Shown here piece by piece: positions 37,595-52,994 of a stretch of 64,000 nucleotides of DNA. The DNA comes from Mytilus trossulus (Eukaryota), in contig NC_086375.1 of the NCBI RefSeq assembly GCF_036588685.1, forward strand, positions 1,116,001 through 1,180,000, in the 5' to 3' direction. Below the pieces are notes generated by a model. That model saw only the letters and a program-made list of their open reading frames with translations. It was not told the DNA's origin and did no database searches. A program made the translations under genes and the position numbers. The first letter of the stretch is position 1. The number at the start of each line of letters is the position of its first letter.

Positions 37595-39084
37595 GTGTAC
37601 ATAGCACACTATAGTACATCACACTATAGTCCTGTGTGATGTCCTAGTGTGTTTATGTACACGGTAAATATAGAATATAAGACTATGTCATTCACAATTC
37701 TTTTTTGCGAATATTGTTTGACTGTCTTTTCAACTGTTTACAGTGTGTTCTTGTAATTGTGATGTTACGCCACTTTCCTGGGTAAAGCTGGATGTTTCAA
37801 GTCATATTGGTTTTTCGTTAATTGGTTTTTCATAAGTGAACGTCTTTGTTGTTTTTCTTTTCTCAATGATTGAACTGTTTCTCATTTTTGTTGATATTTG
37901 ACTAAACGGTAATGTTTTACTCATTGTTGAAGGATGTACGTTACTAACATATATGTATATAGTGCTTACATTCATACAATCTTGGGTACCGTACACCCCG
38001 GGGCTTAACATAATGTTGTGTAACTTTTTATTAAGCACTCACAAGTCCGCTCGTTTCCTTTCTCTAACCAGTCATGCAAGGAATTTTTTTCAATAACATC
38101 ATTTGCCTCCTACCTACCACCTTTTTTAAGCTTGCTTGCGGGAATAAAAGTTATATATTTTCAGACCTAAAATCGTCAAAGATATATCAATCATATACAA
38201 CATTACGACTGTCCTTCGACTTCCCCTGTGTATGTTTCATTTGGATATGCGATACATATTTTCATAATTGACATATTGGGTAATTTAGTTCATTGATACA
38301 AATATAGCCACATTTGTTTAATGTGGAATAGAACGTACTTGAAATTGCAACTTGGCTAGTGATCTTTTTTCCGTTATTGATATAAACAGTCTTACTCGTA
38401 CCGTATGAACCGTTAATATCAACTGTTATTGACCAACGGGTTTACTGATAGTCTGGAAGGCCACATAAAATTACCCAACTTAATGTAAATTGGTGGTGTT
38501 TAAAATTGAAGAGCTATCTCAATATTTAAAGTCTATTACAAACAGTGAACGGGCAATAAAATTGGTTAATTTCATTCTTGATTAAGACAAAACAATGGTC
38601 TAATCCCGAGATAATCCGATCTCCAGGAGGTTGTTTCAATTTATTTGTAGTACTCTGTCTTTTTTCTCTTATTCTATAATGTGTCACACTTTATAAAGCT
38701 TATGTATATATATTGTCATTTATTTTGTTTATTTGGACAAAGATTAATGAAGTTATTAAACAACAAGTACTACTTTAGTTTCTTGTAGATGTTTGCATGT
38801 ATTGTTCGACTAAAAGGTGGCTTAGTATCGTATATGTACTAGTTTGGGGACGATGTTTTTGGGGACGATGTTTTCCATGTTATACGATTCGTTTTTCATG
38901 CCAAAGTTGTGTTTTTCGATTGATGATATTTATCATAAACAAACACATATCAAATAGTTGAATATATCCAAAAAAAAGAGGATTTTTTTTAACATTGATA
39001 CTTATTCTGTAAAAACTTTGAAATCTTAAAATTGGCTTCAGAAAAAGTCAGCACTCGATTACTTTTTAGTAATATTTACTTTAG

Positions 39085-39415
39085 TGGAGAGTTGTCTCAT
39101 TGCACCCATACCACATCTTCTTCAATCTTTTCTTTGAAACTGCGAGCATACAAGGTCCGTGTCTCTTACACAGTTTAATTTAACATTGTTCATGTGTTCT
39201 TTTAACTGCTTATTATTTAATAGTTTGTTATTACTGGATTAACATTGAGACAATTATCCCCTAGAGCCCAAAGGATGTTGGTGTCAGCAACTAAAGGTCC
39301 CGGACGGCCTTCAACAGTGATCAAAACACAACTCGTATATAGTCACCTTATGAAAGGCCCCTAACATGACGAAATACGAAACAATTCAAACAAACAAAAA
39401 ACCAACGGCCTCATT
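39085..39415. repeat. Two family A fragments in opposite orientation (39085-39122 and diverged 39245-39415)
   Basis: GGAGAGTTGTCTCATTGCACCCATACCACATCTTC; TTGAGACAA...ACGGCCTTCAACAGTGATCAAAA...AACAATTCAAAC. Confidence 0.65.
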
Positions 39416-42400
39416 TCTTTTTCAGATACAAACATTCAGTGCATAAAATCTGCTCATAAGAATGTAAAGACATGTAAAGGAACGGAAAACAAGACAAATC
39501 TATCATGTTTTTACACATTTAATTGTAATAGCCTCAGTCATCCACAAATTTGACAAGATAAGTGTCCTAAAATATGTTTCAATTCGTTGAAAAATTCCTG
39601 ACGCATACATACTGTTTAATCGTACATTTCTTGAAAGTTATTTTACATAGGAAACTACTTCGGTATAACATATATGTATATACTGTAAATGGACGCATCC
39701 GGGTTCAATTTTTTACATAATGTCGTTGTAACTGTGAGAGGGTACGAACTATGTACATAACATTGATGGCCCACTACGTGAAAAAAACCGTCACTCTAAT
39801 AATTCATCTAACCACAGATGTGTTTTTTCGAACGCGTTTTGTATTTCTATGCGGGTGTTTCTTCGTTTAACCCCAGGCGTGGTTTTTCGAACGTGCATTG
39901 TTTTTCGTGCGATTGTTTCTTCAGAACTTGTAAATTCGTGCACAGACAGTTAGTTTACCACCAGAAATTAAAATATGGTAGATCATTAGCTTGATTATAG
40001 TCCGTAAAGTGTCTTTAAGTGCGTCCTTTTGTTTGAAATTTAATTAACAGTAAAGTAAATTTGTCACGCCTTTAGAACTTTATGGAAACCCATTCATTTT
40101 TTTACATGAATTCCGATGCGCGGAACCAATCGACATACTAACGTAGTTAGGGTTAAAACCAGGCAATTAGTCCACGCAAACCCATGTCTATTTCAGGCCT
40201 CTAAACAAGCAGAAATTGACAATACAAGTGACCTCGAGTTCTCCTTAATCAGATGTTAAACGTCTATATTTATTAAATTATAAAATCTGATGTTTACCGA
40301 AATCATGTTATTGTAGATTTTAACACCCACCACTGCAATAGAGCCAATTGTTTTCAGGCAAGAGTTATCTAAATGTCATCTGACCGCTATTGTCCACAAT
40401 TGTCAACAATCTAAATAGCCATCAAAAACCAGTGTAGAGTCAAAGTATGGTGTATGTATATGAAGAATTCAAAGATTTTCAAGTATCTGTCTGTTATATG
40501 TTTTTAAGTAAAGAAAAAAATCATGTTGTCTGAAGGGGTATACGTAGTATTTGGTTTTTTTTACAGCCCGTTGGTAGGCACACCCAGTGCTGTGTGGGTT
40601 TGAGGGTTTACTTTTGGGGAGAGGGGGTATTTGAAAAATTTTGTTCCTGATGTTTTGTTTTTTTTGTTTTTTTTTGTGTGTAAGTATGTCTCTAAATGTC
40701 CACACATTGCATAGACCCCACAATTACATGTATATATCATAGATAAGGAAAAGGGCCAGTGTTTGAGGATTGATTTACTTGACCACTGGACTCATTCAAA
40801 GACGTCTTTGCATACAAATTAGTTGTGGCATCTCAGCTTCATATTTCATCACGCATTTGAATGGCAATTCGATAATTGTATTATTACTGGTTTTATACAT
40901 GTATGGTGAATATATATTTTTATTTGTAATCAACGGTGTGGAGTTTTTTTTTATAGGCAGTGAGATTTTATTAAAACTTAATCTGAATCTGCCTTTGATG
41001 GCAGTGCAGATAGGGTTTTGTTCGTACTGCGATATTGCCTATAGTACTGACTCATCACAAACATATACTTCCATGATAGTACTTATACAAATTGGCGGTT
41101 GTAATCATTCTCTATAGCACAAACGTTTATACTATTAGTGTAAACCCATGAAAACAGGGTTCAACCAATACTTTGTGAATATATACATTTAGCAGACAAA
41201 AGGATCTTTTATATTTTCAAAAAATCAAAGAAAACCATTGCTAAAGATAATGGGTGCATTTTTTACGATTAGGACCTGTTTTGTTGTTATTGTAAAGTAA
41301 GGTAATATTTAATCAGCAATAGTTTCGGATTATAGCCATAGACTTATGCTGTGTTATGGCTTAAATACAGGTGATAATCATATGCAACTGAGTAATTTTA
41401 TCTGTACTATTATCGTATACCCCTTCTCTTTGATCACTAAAGATGGTAAACTGCTATAGAATACGCCAAATAACAAACCCAATTTTCATTAAGTGCTAAA
41501 ACCGCAAAATGACAAATAAGTTCAATTTTTTATTACCGTGTTTGTCAATAAAGTTAAATTGTCATAAACTTACAAATTATACTTGTAAACTCAGTGAACG
41601 TAGATTTACTTAGTCGGTGTGAATTAAATACATATAAAAATATTTGTATTTGAGACGTTAAATTAGTACGTAACGCTACAGTTAATTGCCTTTTACAAGT
41701 CCTTGACGCGGACATTCCGTCCGGGACTAGTAACGAAACATTGGGATCTTAACTACGTTATAGATAAAAGGTGATGATGGATAGATTTCTAGAATCCGCA
41801 CAGTTGCATTTCAATTCTTAACCTTTTTCCTATTTCTGTATATGTCTACATAAAAATCGTTGTCGGCTAAGTTTGTTGTATTACGAGCTCTCGCCAGCAC
41901 AGGCATTGTATAATTTATGAATTTATGAATCTGTAGAAATCTTCTTGTAGAACTGGACGGTTTGAAGTTACTTTGTCTTGAAGAGTATAAGGCTGAGAGA
42001 TATGCCAGTTTGGGCCAGGAGCAGTGAATGGAGAATGGTTACGTTCGCATGAACATAAACTTGTACATTTTGGGGAGTGTTGTAAGGAAAGTTCTCTAGA
42101 CCCCAAACCTGTATGTCTCCCATCAAGTGACTAGTTGTATGAACTTTTTGTTTGGATATTTTTATCCAGCAGCAAATATTTTATGAAATACTTAGCGGAT
42201 TGGAAACTACTTCTAAGTGTACGCCGGCCAGTAATCACTGCTTTTCAGCTAGTCGAATAAGTACATACATATATATTTAAATTTGATGTTATCAGCTCTG
42301 AAGAAAGTATATTTAAGATCTTGTCTATTAGTCGTCATTTTACTAATAGCAGATTTCTAATTTCAGTTCATAATAAAGTTCATAAAGGATCCGTAGGTGT

Positions 42401-44428
42401 GAAATATTAATGTATTTCTTCTTTAAAAAATTCCAGGGTAACGAATTAGCCGATGGCAATTTGATAAAAACACCTATCTTATCCAAATATAGGTAGTCAT
42501 TACAATCTGATCTTTATTTGTGACTTCAAAGGGTAGGTATCTACCTGTAGATCTTAACGACAAACATATTAGTAATAATTTAGAAACAACTAGCAATATT
42601 TCCGGCTGAATTATCGGCATCTGTAAAGACAACAATAAGACTAGTCGATTACCCAATTATAGATAATGTACGTTTGAAAAAAAAAATCAGTAAGAAAAAA
42701 AAGACATTAATTTTTTTTCCTTTGAAGTGTGATTTTAATTGTTTGTCGTTTTAAAGTGTTTAGCGAACATGAATAATAAAGTTTTGAAAATAACAAGAGT
42801 ATCATTCACACTTAATTTTCATTTAATTCACAATCCAGTCCACGAACTTGTCCCATGCATTATGCCCTTGAACAAAAGTCCCTGAACTTGTCTGCATGAA
42901 TTATGTAACGGGGAGGTAACTCTAAATGCATATTCAAGAAATCTTTTAAATTCTAAACTACTTAACTTTAATTTCTACATATGACTTATTTGACGATTGA
43001 CCGCTTTTAAACATTACGATTACTAGGATTGACGAACGAATTAACCAGACCTGAAGTCAATTCATTGCGAAAATAGCATTGAACTTCAACAACAATCATA
43101 AATAATTTCTCAATTGGCAAGTGCATCCAATATGTATGGGGAGGTAACTCTAAATGCATATTCAAGAAAACTGCGAATACATTTTTTATATATTAAGTTT
43201 CGACAAATTTTAAGAGTGCATTTGATCCAACCAACTGTAATATGAAACTACATACATGTGCATTTAAAAATGCTTCAAGTAATAAATTTAAATTACTTTT
43301 CTTTTCTTTTGAAGTAGATTTCTAATTCATGAAATCTCAGGTCTTTTAATAAGGTGTCAAATAGGAGCCTGGCTTCATTAATTTTCAAAATGTTATATTT
43401 AATTAAATATGAGAAAATGTACTCTTCTCAAACCATATAAGACGAGAATAATACATATTGAGTAGAAGTTTCTTTCTGTAATTACCAAAAAACATAGAAA
43501 TACTTAAATTAACTTATACAATGAAATATATATTAGTTTTTTACTAACTATAAATAGAGCTAAAAATCGTTTGATGTAACTTTGTATTTAATTGTTAAAT
43601 GTAACTGCGTTCAAAGTGTAACTGTATCATTCATACGTGGAGATATTTATATGGTGAGAAATTTTGTCTGAAAGTGAGAAGGAGTCAAAGATTCCGTTTT
43701 ATGTTCAAAATTTCGGTTTCATGGGACAAAGGTTTGAATGATGGAGTGATTCTTTAATGTCAGATTTTTTGGCATTAACATATTCCTATTACAATAGCTG
43801 TCTACACGAAATCAAAATAGAAAATTATTTTCGTCTGAGCAATGATTTGTATATAGTATCATTATACAAATCCTTGGTCTGATTATTATTTTCAAATGAA
43901 ATTTATGATGGTAAATATTCGAAATTGAACATAAAAACTGGTTAACAGCAGTTCATCAAAAAGATTCTTTTTAAAAGTTATGTAACTTGAAGTCCTAATG
44001 CGGACGTAATGAGTCGTTATCTTAAAAAGATATTATGTATTAACGAAAGTATGTTTGTGTTTTATGAGTATGTGTGTGTTTTATAAGTGTGTGTGTGTTT
44101 TATGTGTAGGTGTGTGAAGTGCAGATTGATTCACTTTATACATGTATAATCCGCTGATTATTTTTTCAGATTGAAACTTCAGCTATATAAGGACAAAAAA
44201 AAATGAACAGAGCGGTTACAGCCATGCAATACTGAAGGGAAAAGTTTAACCCAAGTAATTCAGTTGTTCAATTCCACTCTTCGGTTGCACATGTGAAGTA
44301 GGTGGATGAGTCAATCATCGGGGGAGTAGGGAGATAGGGAGAGGCTGAACTACTCGGATAAGAATTGGTACATTATTAGCAAAATGTTATGGTGGAATGT
44401 GTGTTTGAATTTCAAAACTGAAAGGGGA

Positions 44429-44658
44429 TATATAAAAAAAGAAGATGTGGTATGATTACCAATGAGACAGCTATCCACAAAAGACCAAAATGACACAAAC
44501 ATTAACAACTATATGTCACCATACGGCCTTCAACAATGAGCAAAGCCCATACCGCATAGTCAGCTATAAAAGGCTTCGATAAGACAATGTAAAACAATTG
44601 AAACGGGAAAACTAACGGCCTTATTTATGTAAAAAAAAATGACTGAAAAACAAATATG
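44429..44658 (-). repeat. Family A copy
   Basis: Reverse complement of about 7850-8077. Confidence 0.9.
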
Positions 44659-46434
44659 CTCGTTTCAAGACAAATATACGTTTTGGTCGTTTCTTATTTT
44701 TTCGTTTATAGATTAGAAGCGATACAAGTATGAAAATTGTAGATTTGTATTTTCATGCCGAGAAAATATGTCAGTAGAAGAATGTTCTTACAGATACTTG
44801 AGATTAAAGTAAGAAGTTGACATGGGATGTATAATAGGAGTAACTCTTTATGTAATCTGAGATAACAACAAAACTCCTAATGACAGCACATTGTAGTTTG
44901 ACCAAAGCTGTGGTCATTAGCGAGTTACCGGTAGGGAAGATGACCACGGGAGAGAAAAAATCTTTTAAAAAAGTCTGATGACACGGCAAAAATTTAGATA
45001 AAGCTTCTTAAGAACCAATTGTCAAAAAACTGTAGGTAGTAACACCATATAGATATGGAAGTTTCTTACAGTTAATAACTTTTCCACTTAAATGATCTTC
45101 CTTATTTAATGGACAGGTTAATCTTTGTCCGAAGATGGTAATCATCGGCCTCCACATGTGGTCACTTTTAAATATTCCCGTAAATGTATGAAATATTTCA
45201 CTTAATTACAATCGAAAATGAGTTTAAAAAAAATCGATCATTCGTCTTTTCTGTGTTCATTTTAGTAGATCTAAAGAAAGAGATCCTGAAATGTCGAATG
45301 AAAGTGCCGACACATCGAAAATAAGCCAAGGGCTGATATGGTTGTTTATATACAAGTCTTCTTGTCGCGACAGTCCATCCGATAGGTAGGGACAACACTG
45401 CAACAAATCATAAAAAGAATTAAAATTAAATTAAATAAATTTAAAAAGCAATTATATGTCTTGTAGTTTGAACCCTAGAGCTTGTTTGACCGTTTCTAAG
45501 TTTGTTCTTAATGAGATTAAATCCGCTTTTTAGTTTTGATTTTACGAAAAATCTAACCAAAATCAAGGATTTGTATAGTAAGAAGGATTGGAATGTCTTG
45601 GTTTATCGTTTTCTTTTACGCAGGCCAGCGCAACTTCTCTACTCGCCACTTCTACCGGTTACTTTATTTACTATGCAAATCCTTGCCGAAATGTAACCGG
45701 GGTTGACCTGACCCAAAATGTCACGCAACAACTGCATGAACCTAATTTAAATACGTTTTCTTTTTAAAGTTATGTCCTCGTAAATATAAACCCATCCTTA
45801 ATATGCTAATTGGAGAGAAAGATGATGAGGATAAAATACAAAACATTTAAATTACATTTAAATATAATCACTGAGCGTGTTTAATGTTTAATTTGAAATT
45901 GTATAATTTCTCCACAGGTGACAGTAACGGGAAGTCACTATATAAATCTCGTTCTCAATGATTCACGGGAATTTAAGAGGTGTAAAAGTTTATTTTTGGT
46001 ATCGATACAAAAAGCTTCTGAAAAAAAGATGAATGGATTTGTACTGGAAGAAGAATACACTATTGTCAAATGTCATTTTGAAATACTATAAAACGTGTAA
46101 CATTTTTAAATGAAATATTTATATTTACCATAACAAATGATACAAAATAGATTATTTATTTAAAGTAATAAGTCAGTTATCAACAATGAAGTATTGACAG
46201 TGCTGTTGTACTTTTCCAAAATCGCAAATTTAATCAACCAATGATTTACCTTATATGAAGTACCCCATAAGTTGATCTCGCGTTATATAACGACATGGTT
46301 TACCATAAATGGCTTGTAAATGTTCACGTGTATCTTCTTCGTGTCATGTTAACTGTATCCCTCAAATATGTAAGGTTTAACAATTTATTCTTCAGTATGC
46401 CAAGCTTCTCTCCATGCAGCTATAGTAGGTTGTT

Positions 46435-47480
46435 ATTGATATACCGTCCAGCGATGACATGTTGATTCCAGTATCATCCACCTATGACATATTAATACCA
46501 GTATCGTTCAACTATGTCATATTAATACCTGTATCGTACAGCTATGTCATATAAATACCAGTACCGTCCAACTATGTCATATTGATACCAGTATCGTCCA
46601 ACTATGTCATATAAATACCAGTACCGTCCAACTATGACATATAAATACCAGTACCCTCTAACTATGTCATATAAATACTAGTACCGTCCAACTATGTCAT
46701 ATAAATACAAGTACCGTCCAACTATGTTATATGAATACCAGTACCGTCCAACTATGTCAAATTAATACCAGTATCGGCCAACTATGTCATGTTAATACCA
46801 GTACCGTCCAACTATGTCATATTAATACCAGTACCGTCCAACTATGTCATATACATACCAGTACCGTCCACCTATGTCATATTAATATCAGTATCGTCCA
46901 ACTATGTCATATAAAACCAGTACCGTCCAACTATGTCATAAAAATACCAGTACCGTCCAACTATGTCATATAAATACCTGTATCGTACAGCTATATATAT
47001 CATATTGATACCAGTATCGTCCAACTATGTCATATAAATACCAGTACCGTCCAACTATGTCATGTTAATACCAGTACCGTCCAACTATGTCATATTAATA
47101 TCAGTATCGTCCAACTATGCCATATAAATACCAGAACCGTCCAACTATGTCATGTTAATACCAGTACCGTCCAACTATGTCATATTAATATCAGTATCGT
47201 CCAACTATGTCATATAAATACCAGAACCGTCCAACTATGTCATATAAATACCAGTACCGTCCAGCTACGTCATATAAATACCAGTATCGTCCAACTTTGT
47301 CATATTAATATCAGTATCGTCCAACTATGTCATATAAAACCAGTACCGTCCAACTATGTCATAAAATACCAGTACCGTCCAACTATGTCATATAAATACC
47401 TGTATCGTACAGCTATATATATCATATTGATACCAGTATCGTCCAACTATGTCATTTTAATACCAGTATCGCCCAGCTAT
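46435..47480. repeat. 30-bp minisatellite, variant 1 (about 34 units)
   Basis: Unit ATACCAGTACCGTCCAACTATGTCATATAA. Confidence 0.97.
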
Positions 47481-48225
47481 GTCATCTTGTTATCAGAATC
47501 GACCAGCTATGTCGTCTTGTTATCAGAACTGTCCATCTATGTCATCTTGTTATCAGTATCACCCAGCTATAGCATCTTGTTATCAGTATCACCCAGCTAT
47601 ATCATCTTTTTATCAGTACCGTCAAGTTATGAAACAAGTGTTATCAGTACCCTTTATCTTTGTCATAGTGTCATCAGTATGGCTCGCTATGTCAACTTGT
47701 AATCAGAAATAAGTCAGATTAAATACATTTCATCGCCCATTTATATACGTTAAGTTGTTAAAAGTATTTTCCTCAGGTTGTAAGCAGTATATGAACCAGG
47801 TATGTCATGTTGTTAGTAGTATGTCGTCCATCTATGTCATCTTGTTATCAGTACAAACCAGCTATGTCATCTTGTCATGAGTACCATCCGGATATGTCAT
47901 ATTGTTATCAGTACCATCCAGATATGTCATCTTGTTATCAGTACCATCCAGATATGTCATCTTGTTATCAGTGCCATCCAGATATGTCATCTTGTTACCA
48001 GTACCATCCTGATATGTCATATTGTTATCAGTACCATCCAGATATGTCATCTTGTTATCAGTACCATCCAGATATGTCATCTTGTTATCAGTACCATCCA
48101 GATATGTCATCTTGTTATCAGTACCATCCAGATATGTCATCTTGTTATCAGTACCATCCAGATATGACATCTTGTTATCAGTACCATCCAGATATGTCAT
48201 CTTGTCAGTCCTGTCCAGCTATAAC
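47481..48225. repeat. 30-bp minisatellite, variant 2 (degenerate 47481-47860, homogeneous 47880-48205)
   Basis: Unit TTATCAGTACCATCCAGATATGTCATCTTG, clearly homologous to variant 1. Confidence 0.95.
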
Positions 48226-51200
48226 AGATTACTTATATTCCGGTTAAATGAAATGTTCTGTCCGTCTGGTGAAATGTGTCGTCCGTTGTAGTCTGGTCAG
48301 GGGAAATGTGTCGTAGGTATTTTGCCCTCTTGTTATCTACTGTTGATTTGTTAGATTGCTGTCGTAATAACGTATTTTTACAGAGCTTTTTTGACTCAAA
48401 TCTACAATAACATAAACGATACTTATGTTACTGCACAGACAGTGATGATCGAGCACGAAATATCTTTTAAAATCCTAAACGTTATATACAACTAAGGACC
48501 GGTTATAACCGAAAAACGACAAAATAATACAGCCAAATTTTAGACAAAAATGCATAAGGATAATGAATTCTTAATTATCAAATTATTCCGGCAGATTTAT
48601 AACTCCAAATTGCAACAAAATTAATAAAATAATTCCGTACAAACTACATAAAAGAAAAACAAACCCAAGATTTCTATAGAACTCAAGCGCCAGTATGAAA
48701 ACTGAAAAACTAGGGCAATCATCATTACTGCTGCTTAAATGTTAAAACTGTTTCTACTGATTACATGTATATATAATGTATATAATAGTTCGTTACAACC
48801 GGACGTCGTAATGTTATTTACATTTTTACAGAGTTTTAAATTGTAAAATTACTATACATATTACATTACGACAATCTGTGAAGGGTATAGGTTGACATAT
48901 TACATTAGCTTTGTTCTACAGTTGTTTCAAAGATCGTTGTGATAACTTGACTATTTATTGGGCGTTAGAACTCTGTACTCAAACACACCTGAAAAATCCG
49001 AGTAGTGAAAAGAAGCGAATGAAGTCGGTTTCTTTATTGTTAACACTAAAGTCTGTACTTTGTTATATATACCTGTTGTTATGTAACTTTTAGGTACATG
49101 TATATCACATTTCAATTTGTGAAAAATATGAAAGTAATAAATGCTACGTAGTAGACCATGTACTTATAACTTACATATTGGTATAGTCGTGTCAATGGAC
49201 ATGTATAATAGCATACAATATCGAATAGATATATAAGTCAATATGGAAAGCAATAGTATATGCACCCCGAAAGTACATACAAAAGTTAAAAAAAATTAAT
49301 CAATTGCAGTTATTTGGTTGTTGTCAGCTTGACGTCCAATTTTCAAATATTTTATGCATAGTATTCAGGAAGAGAAGAAACTAATTAATAAATCGTTTCG
49401 ATAGGTTATGACAAGGTCAAACGGGTTGAAGGGGAGTCCCCGGACCCTAGACAGCCACTTCGTAAAGTGGGTCTTTGTTGGGTGAAATTTTTCATTTTGT
49501 ATAAGGAAACCTAAAAAAAATCAATATACAATATGGCGATAGTTATTTGATGCACAGAAAGCATGTAATTTCTACTATACGAATAAGCATGGAATAATAC
49601 TTCCACGGTATACGTTTTATTTAGTTAGATTTGCACAGCTAAACCGAGGAGTTTCATAGGCCTTACTAAGGTACCAAGAGTCTTATATACGGTTGTGCGA
49701 AAGAGGTTGCTGGAACCATATAATTTTACCTCAGACAATCCTTATGTGTAAGTACAATCAATTACAAGTACAGTTAAACCAATCGCGTCAATTGTGATAC
49801 AGACGTCGATATTGTCGTTTTGATATAAGTTCATGCGCAACCCTCATCTGGAGCACCCTTTTGCAAAATTTACTATTCAAAGGGACCAAACGATATTACT
49901 CATGATAAGATCAATGTGACCATACATTGCCTTTGGTTTTGTAACAGAACATTGTTTTGCAACTTGAGTAATTGTTTTAACTCGTTATATTAACCTATGA
50001 GATATATATAGTCTATCAAAAATCTTGTTGCAACAAACAAACAAAAAATCTTCTATATATAAGGACATAACGCGGACCTCTTCGAAGACACACAGTACTT
50101 GCTGTAGCAGTACACCTCTCTTGTCAAAGACCTTCTGTATACTAGTATCATCGAACTCTATTTTAATCCAAACCCTTACCGGATTCGCTCTGTCTTTCGA
50201 CTCGAGAGGGATCGCAGTTAGCGAATGAAGCAAGGAATTTTTCGGGGTTACGTATCTTCATGTAATTTAAGCCATCAAACCAGTACGCAATGATACTTAT
50301 ATCGATATTTCCAATTGATGAATAAAGACTCGAGTAATTTTGTGCCCTCAGTGGCCTAGCGTTAAATCACCCAAACACAAAACGTACATCATGATAGTTA
50401 AGGTAATAATCGGTGTGTTGGTAAATAATAAGAAGATGGGTCTGACCAAAGATACAGTTCATTGGTAATGCTCTTATAATTAGTCATAAATAAAATTAAT
50501 GTGTTATAATACGGTTTCTTTTACACTATTAAATCTTTGTTCCAGTTGAAATGTAATACATTGTTATGTGAAACGTATTCCGTGTTAGATAATGCGATCA
50601 GTCGGGTACGAAATGAGGCGAAATCAGAAGAATGATCGAAAGGTCTTAATGTCGTCAAAAAGATGGTGATTATGTATCTAAATTTCAATTTATTTCTAAT
50701 CTGTTTGGGATTTCAACCATAACAAACTTGTGTATTGTAGATTTTTTGAATTGTAATGTCTTCGGATTACAATATCATTGGATAGTTTGATATCAAAATG
50801 AGGGGTAAACAAACTTAAAATGCTTGTCACGAAATAGTTCACACAAAAGCTAAATAAACTCCGACGTCATTACGTATTAAGACTATCTGCAGGCTTCTTT
50901 TTTTAATGTAGGGTATGATAAAAAATCCAGAATGACGAAGTATTTTTTTAAAATTAAAATAGTTTTATGTAAAAAAAATGAATCATACTGGTAACATTAA
51001 AAATCATGCTGCTAAAATAAAATATCATACTGGTAACACTCAAAATCATACTGGTATCATCTCTGGTATCAAAGGGATCGAAATATATGTCGACATTTCT
51101 ACAAATGTATGCATAGAACAGAAGCTATTTCCGTGCAAAAAGCTCTAAAAATACCCGAATAAAGGAAAACGTTAAAAATACAGGGGCAACAAGGTTCTTA

Positions 51201-52833
51201 TTTTGTCTTATATTTGAATTGGATATTGTTTTTTATATCTCCTCCCTCTTGAAAAGACGCAATAAAATATCACAAAACTGCCAGGGATAACAGCATTGTT
51301 TTCATTTATTCATTAATTTTCTCATTTTAATTTGTCTTTGTATCACAATCGTGTCAATGCTATTCTAAGATCTTCTTGGTTAATTTATTACCACATTTAC
51401 CAAACTTGTTGTTCGATACTCTTTTTGTTTTAATTAAATATACACTCTATATACCTTTTTTTTTTAAAAGAATTGTTTGTTTTTGGGCTAAAGGTCTTTG
51501 AAGGTGGTACAGATAGCAAGATCCCTGTGTATGAAATTACTAAATGGATAAGTCTAGTTCAAGGAATATTTGTTAAGAAATATGACCAACCTAACATGTA
51601 TGAAATTCCAAACTTTCGAGATTTCAAGTCTTATCTTAAAGTTCCAGTTCTGAATGTCTTGCCGACAAATAAATGAACTTGACCTGGTTTTATGACAAGT
51701 CCAAGATAATTATGACATAATTGAATATTATATTCATAAAAATATGATAAGAGATTGAAACATTTCGATTTTACATAGCTGTATTGTTAGATTTAAATAT
51801 TGCGTAAAGTATGTGTCAAGATTATAGATCATTATATAAAAACGCAGTTATTGGATAATTAACTCTGTTTTTTTATCATAAAATCTTCCTAAAACAGAAC
51901 ATTTATTGACAGGTCTAACAGAGAGAAATTTATTGTTCACAAAGGTTGAGGGGAATTAAGAAAAAGACCCTAATGAAAAAGTGAAATTGATAACTATCCC
52001 ATTACTATATAATACTAGCTTTACCCTTCGTACGTGAGCTTACACATGGCCTACATGATAGACAAATATTTCCACAATTATCACCAAATTTATTCTACCT
52101 GTCTATAAGTATCCGTTTCAAGACATTTTACCGTTTATGTGTGAGAAAAGAAAGAAGAAAGCAAAGCCACGAAGACTAAACAAATATTACATTAATGGAC
52201 AGACAGTATTACAATATAAAGAAGAGGAAAAAAGACAAATAAAACTCCACACCAATACATAGAAAACTAAATACATATAACAACGCCATTAAAACACAAG
52301 CTGTTAATTCAGGTGCTCCGGAGGGGTTATAAGTTCCTACTTTACATAGAAAACGGTGTTCAGGCACATAAAGGGGATTTCAGATGTAAAACCAGAGAGG
52401 AGCAGGTAGAATGATTATATATATAAGGCTGTATAACTGTCTAAATTATGAATAAACAGCCATAATATGGACAAGATTTATTCAGCTATATTGTATAGTT
52501 TCGATGATTTGCAAGTTTTTGCTTCGTAGGTCATTGACTGCTATAGTATATTGAGCCGGAATAAAGTAGATGATTGTCATATACAATAAACAAACTAGAA
52601 GAGTCACGCCGTTTTATCTTTATGTCACAGTTTGCCCATAATAAACGCGTATAGGAAAAGCTCTTTCTCCCTTCACACAACTATAGCTTCAATGATCAAA
52701 AAATGATCGGACCAAAGAAGTGACGTCTGACCATAGCATCGGAGTTCAATGCACTTTGGTGTGTTTCCGCGTGAAATAGTCTGAACCACCGAATTGACCG
52801 AAGGCGTGCTCGACTATCTTGCTGAGCGAAGAC

Positions 52834-52975
52834 CAGGGGTTGAAGTCATAAAACTTTGCTCAGTGCTCGGAGCACAAAAATCATGCTCGAAACATGAAAT
52901 CCAGCATTTTGATTGGTTGATTCTCGAGTCTGAGAAAAAAAATAAGGCTCGAAAGTTTTATGACCGTGAGGCCTG
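52834..52975 (+). mobile_element. ~142-bp MITE
   Basis: TIR core GTCATAAAACTTT / AAAGTTTTATGAC with termini CAGG...CCTG; a reverse-complement copy lies at 59083-59225. Confidence 0.85.
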
Positions 52976-52994
52976 AACTTCACAATTAAACGTT

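Noticed and set aside
41915-42106. Minus-strand 63-aa ORF as a possible exon
   Set aside because: Weak splice signals and no recognisable domain; cannot be excluded without RNA-seq.
47385-48291. Multiple overlapping ORFs (e.g. MSSCYQYHPD, MTYLDGTDNK repeats) as a Cys/His-rich or adhesive protein
   Set aside because: All derive from a 30-bp minisatellite open in several frames on both strands; no signal peptide, splice context or frame preference.
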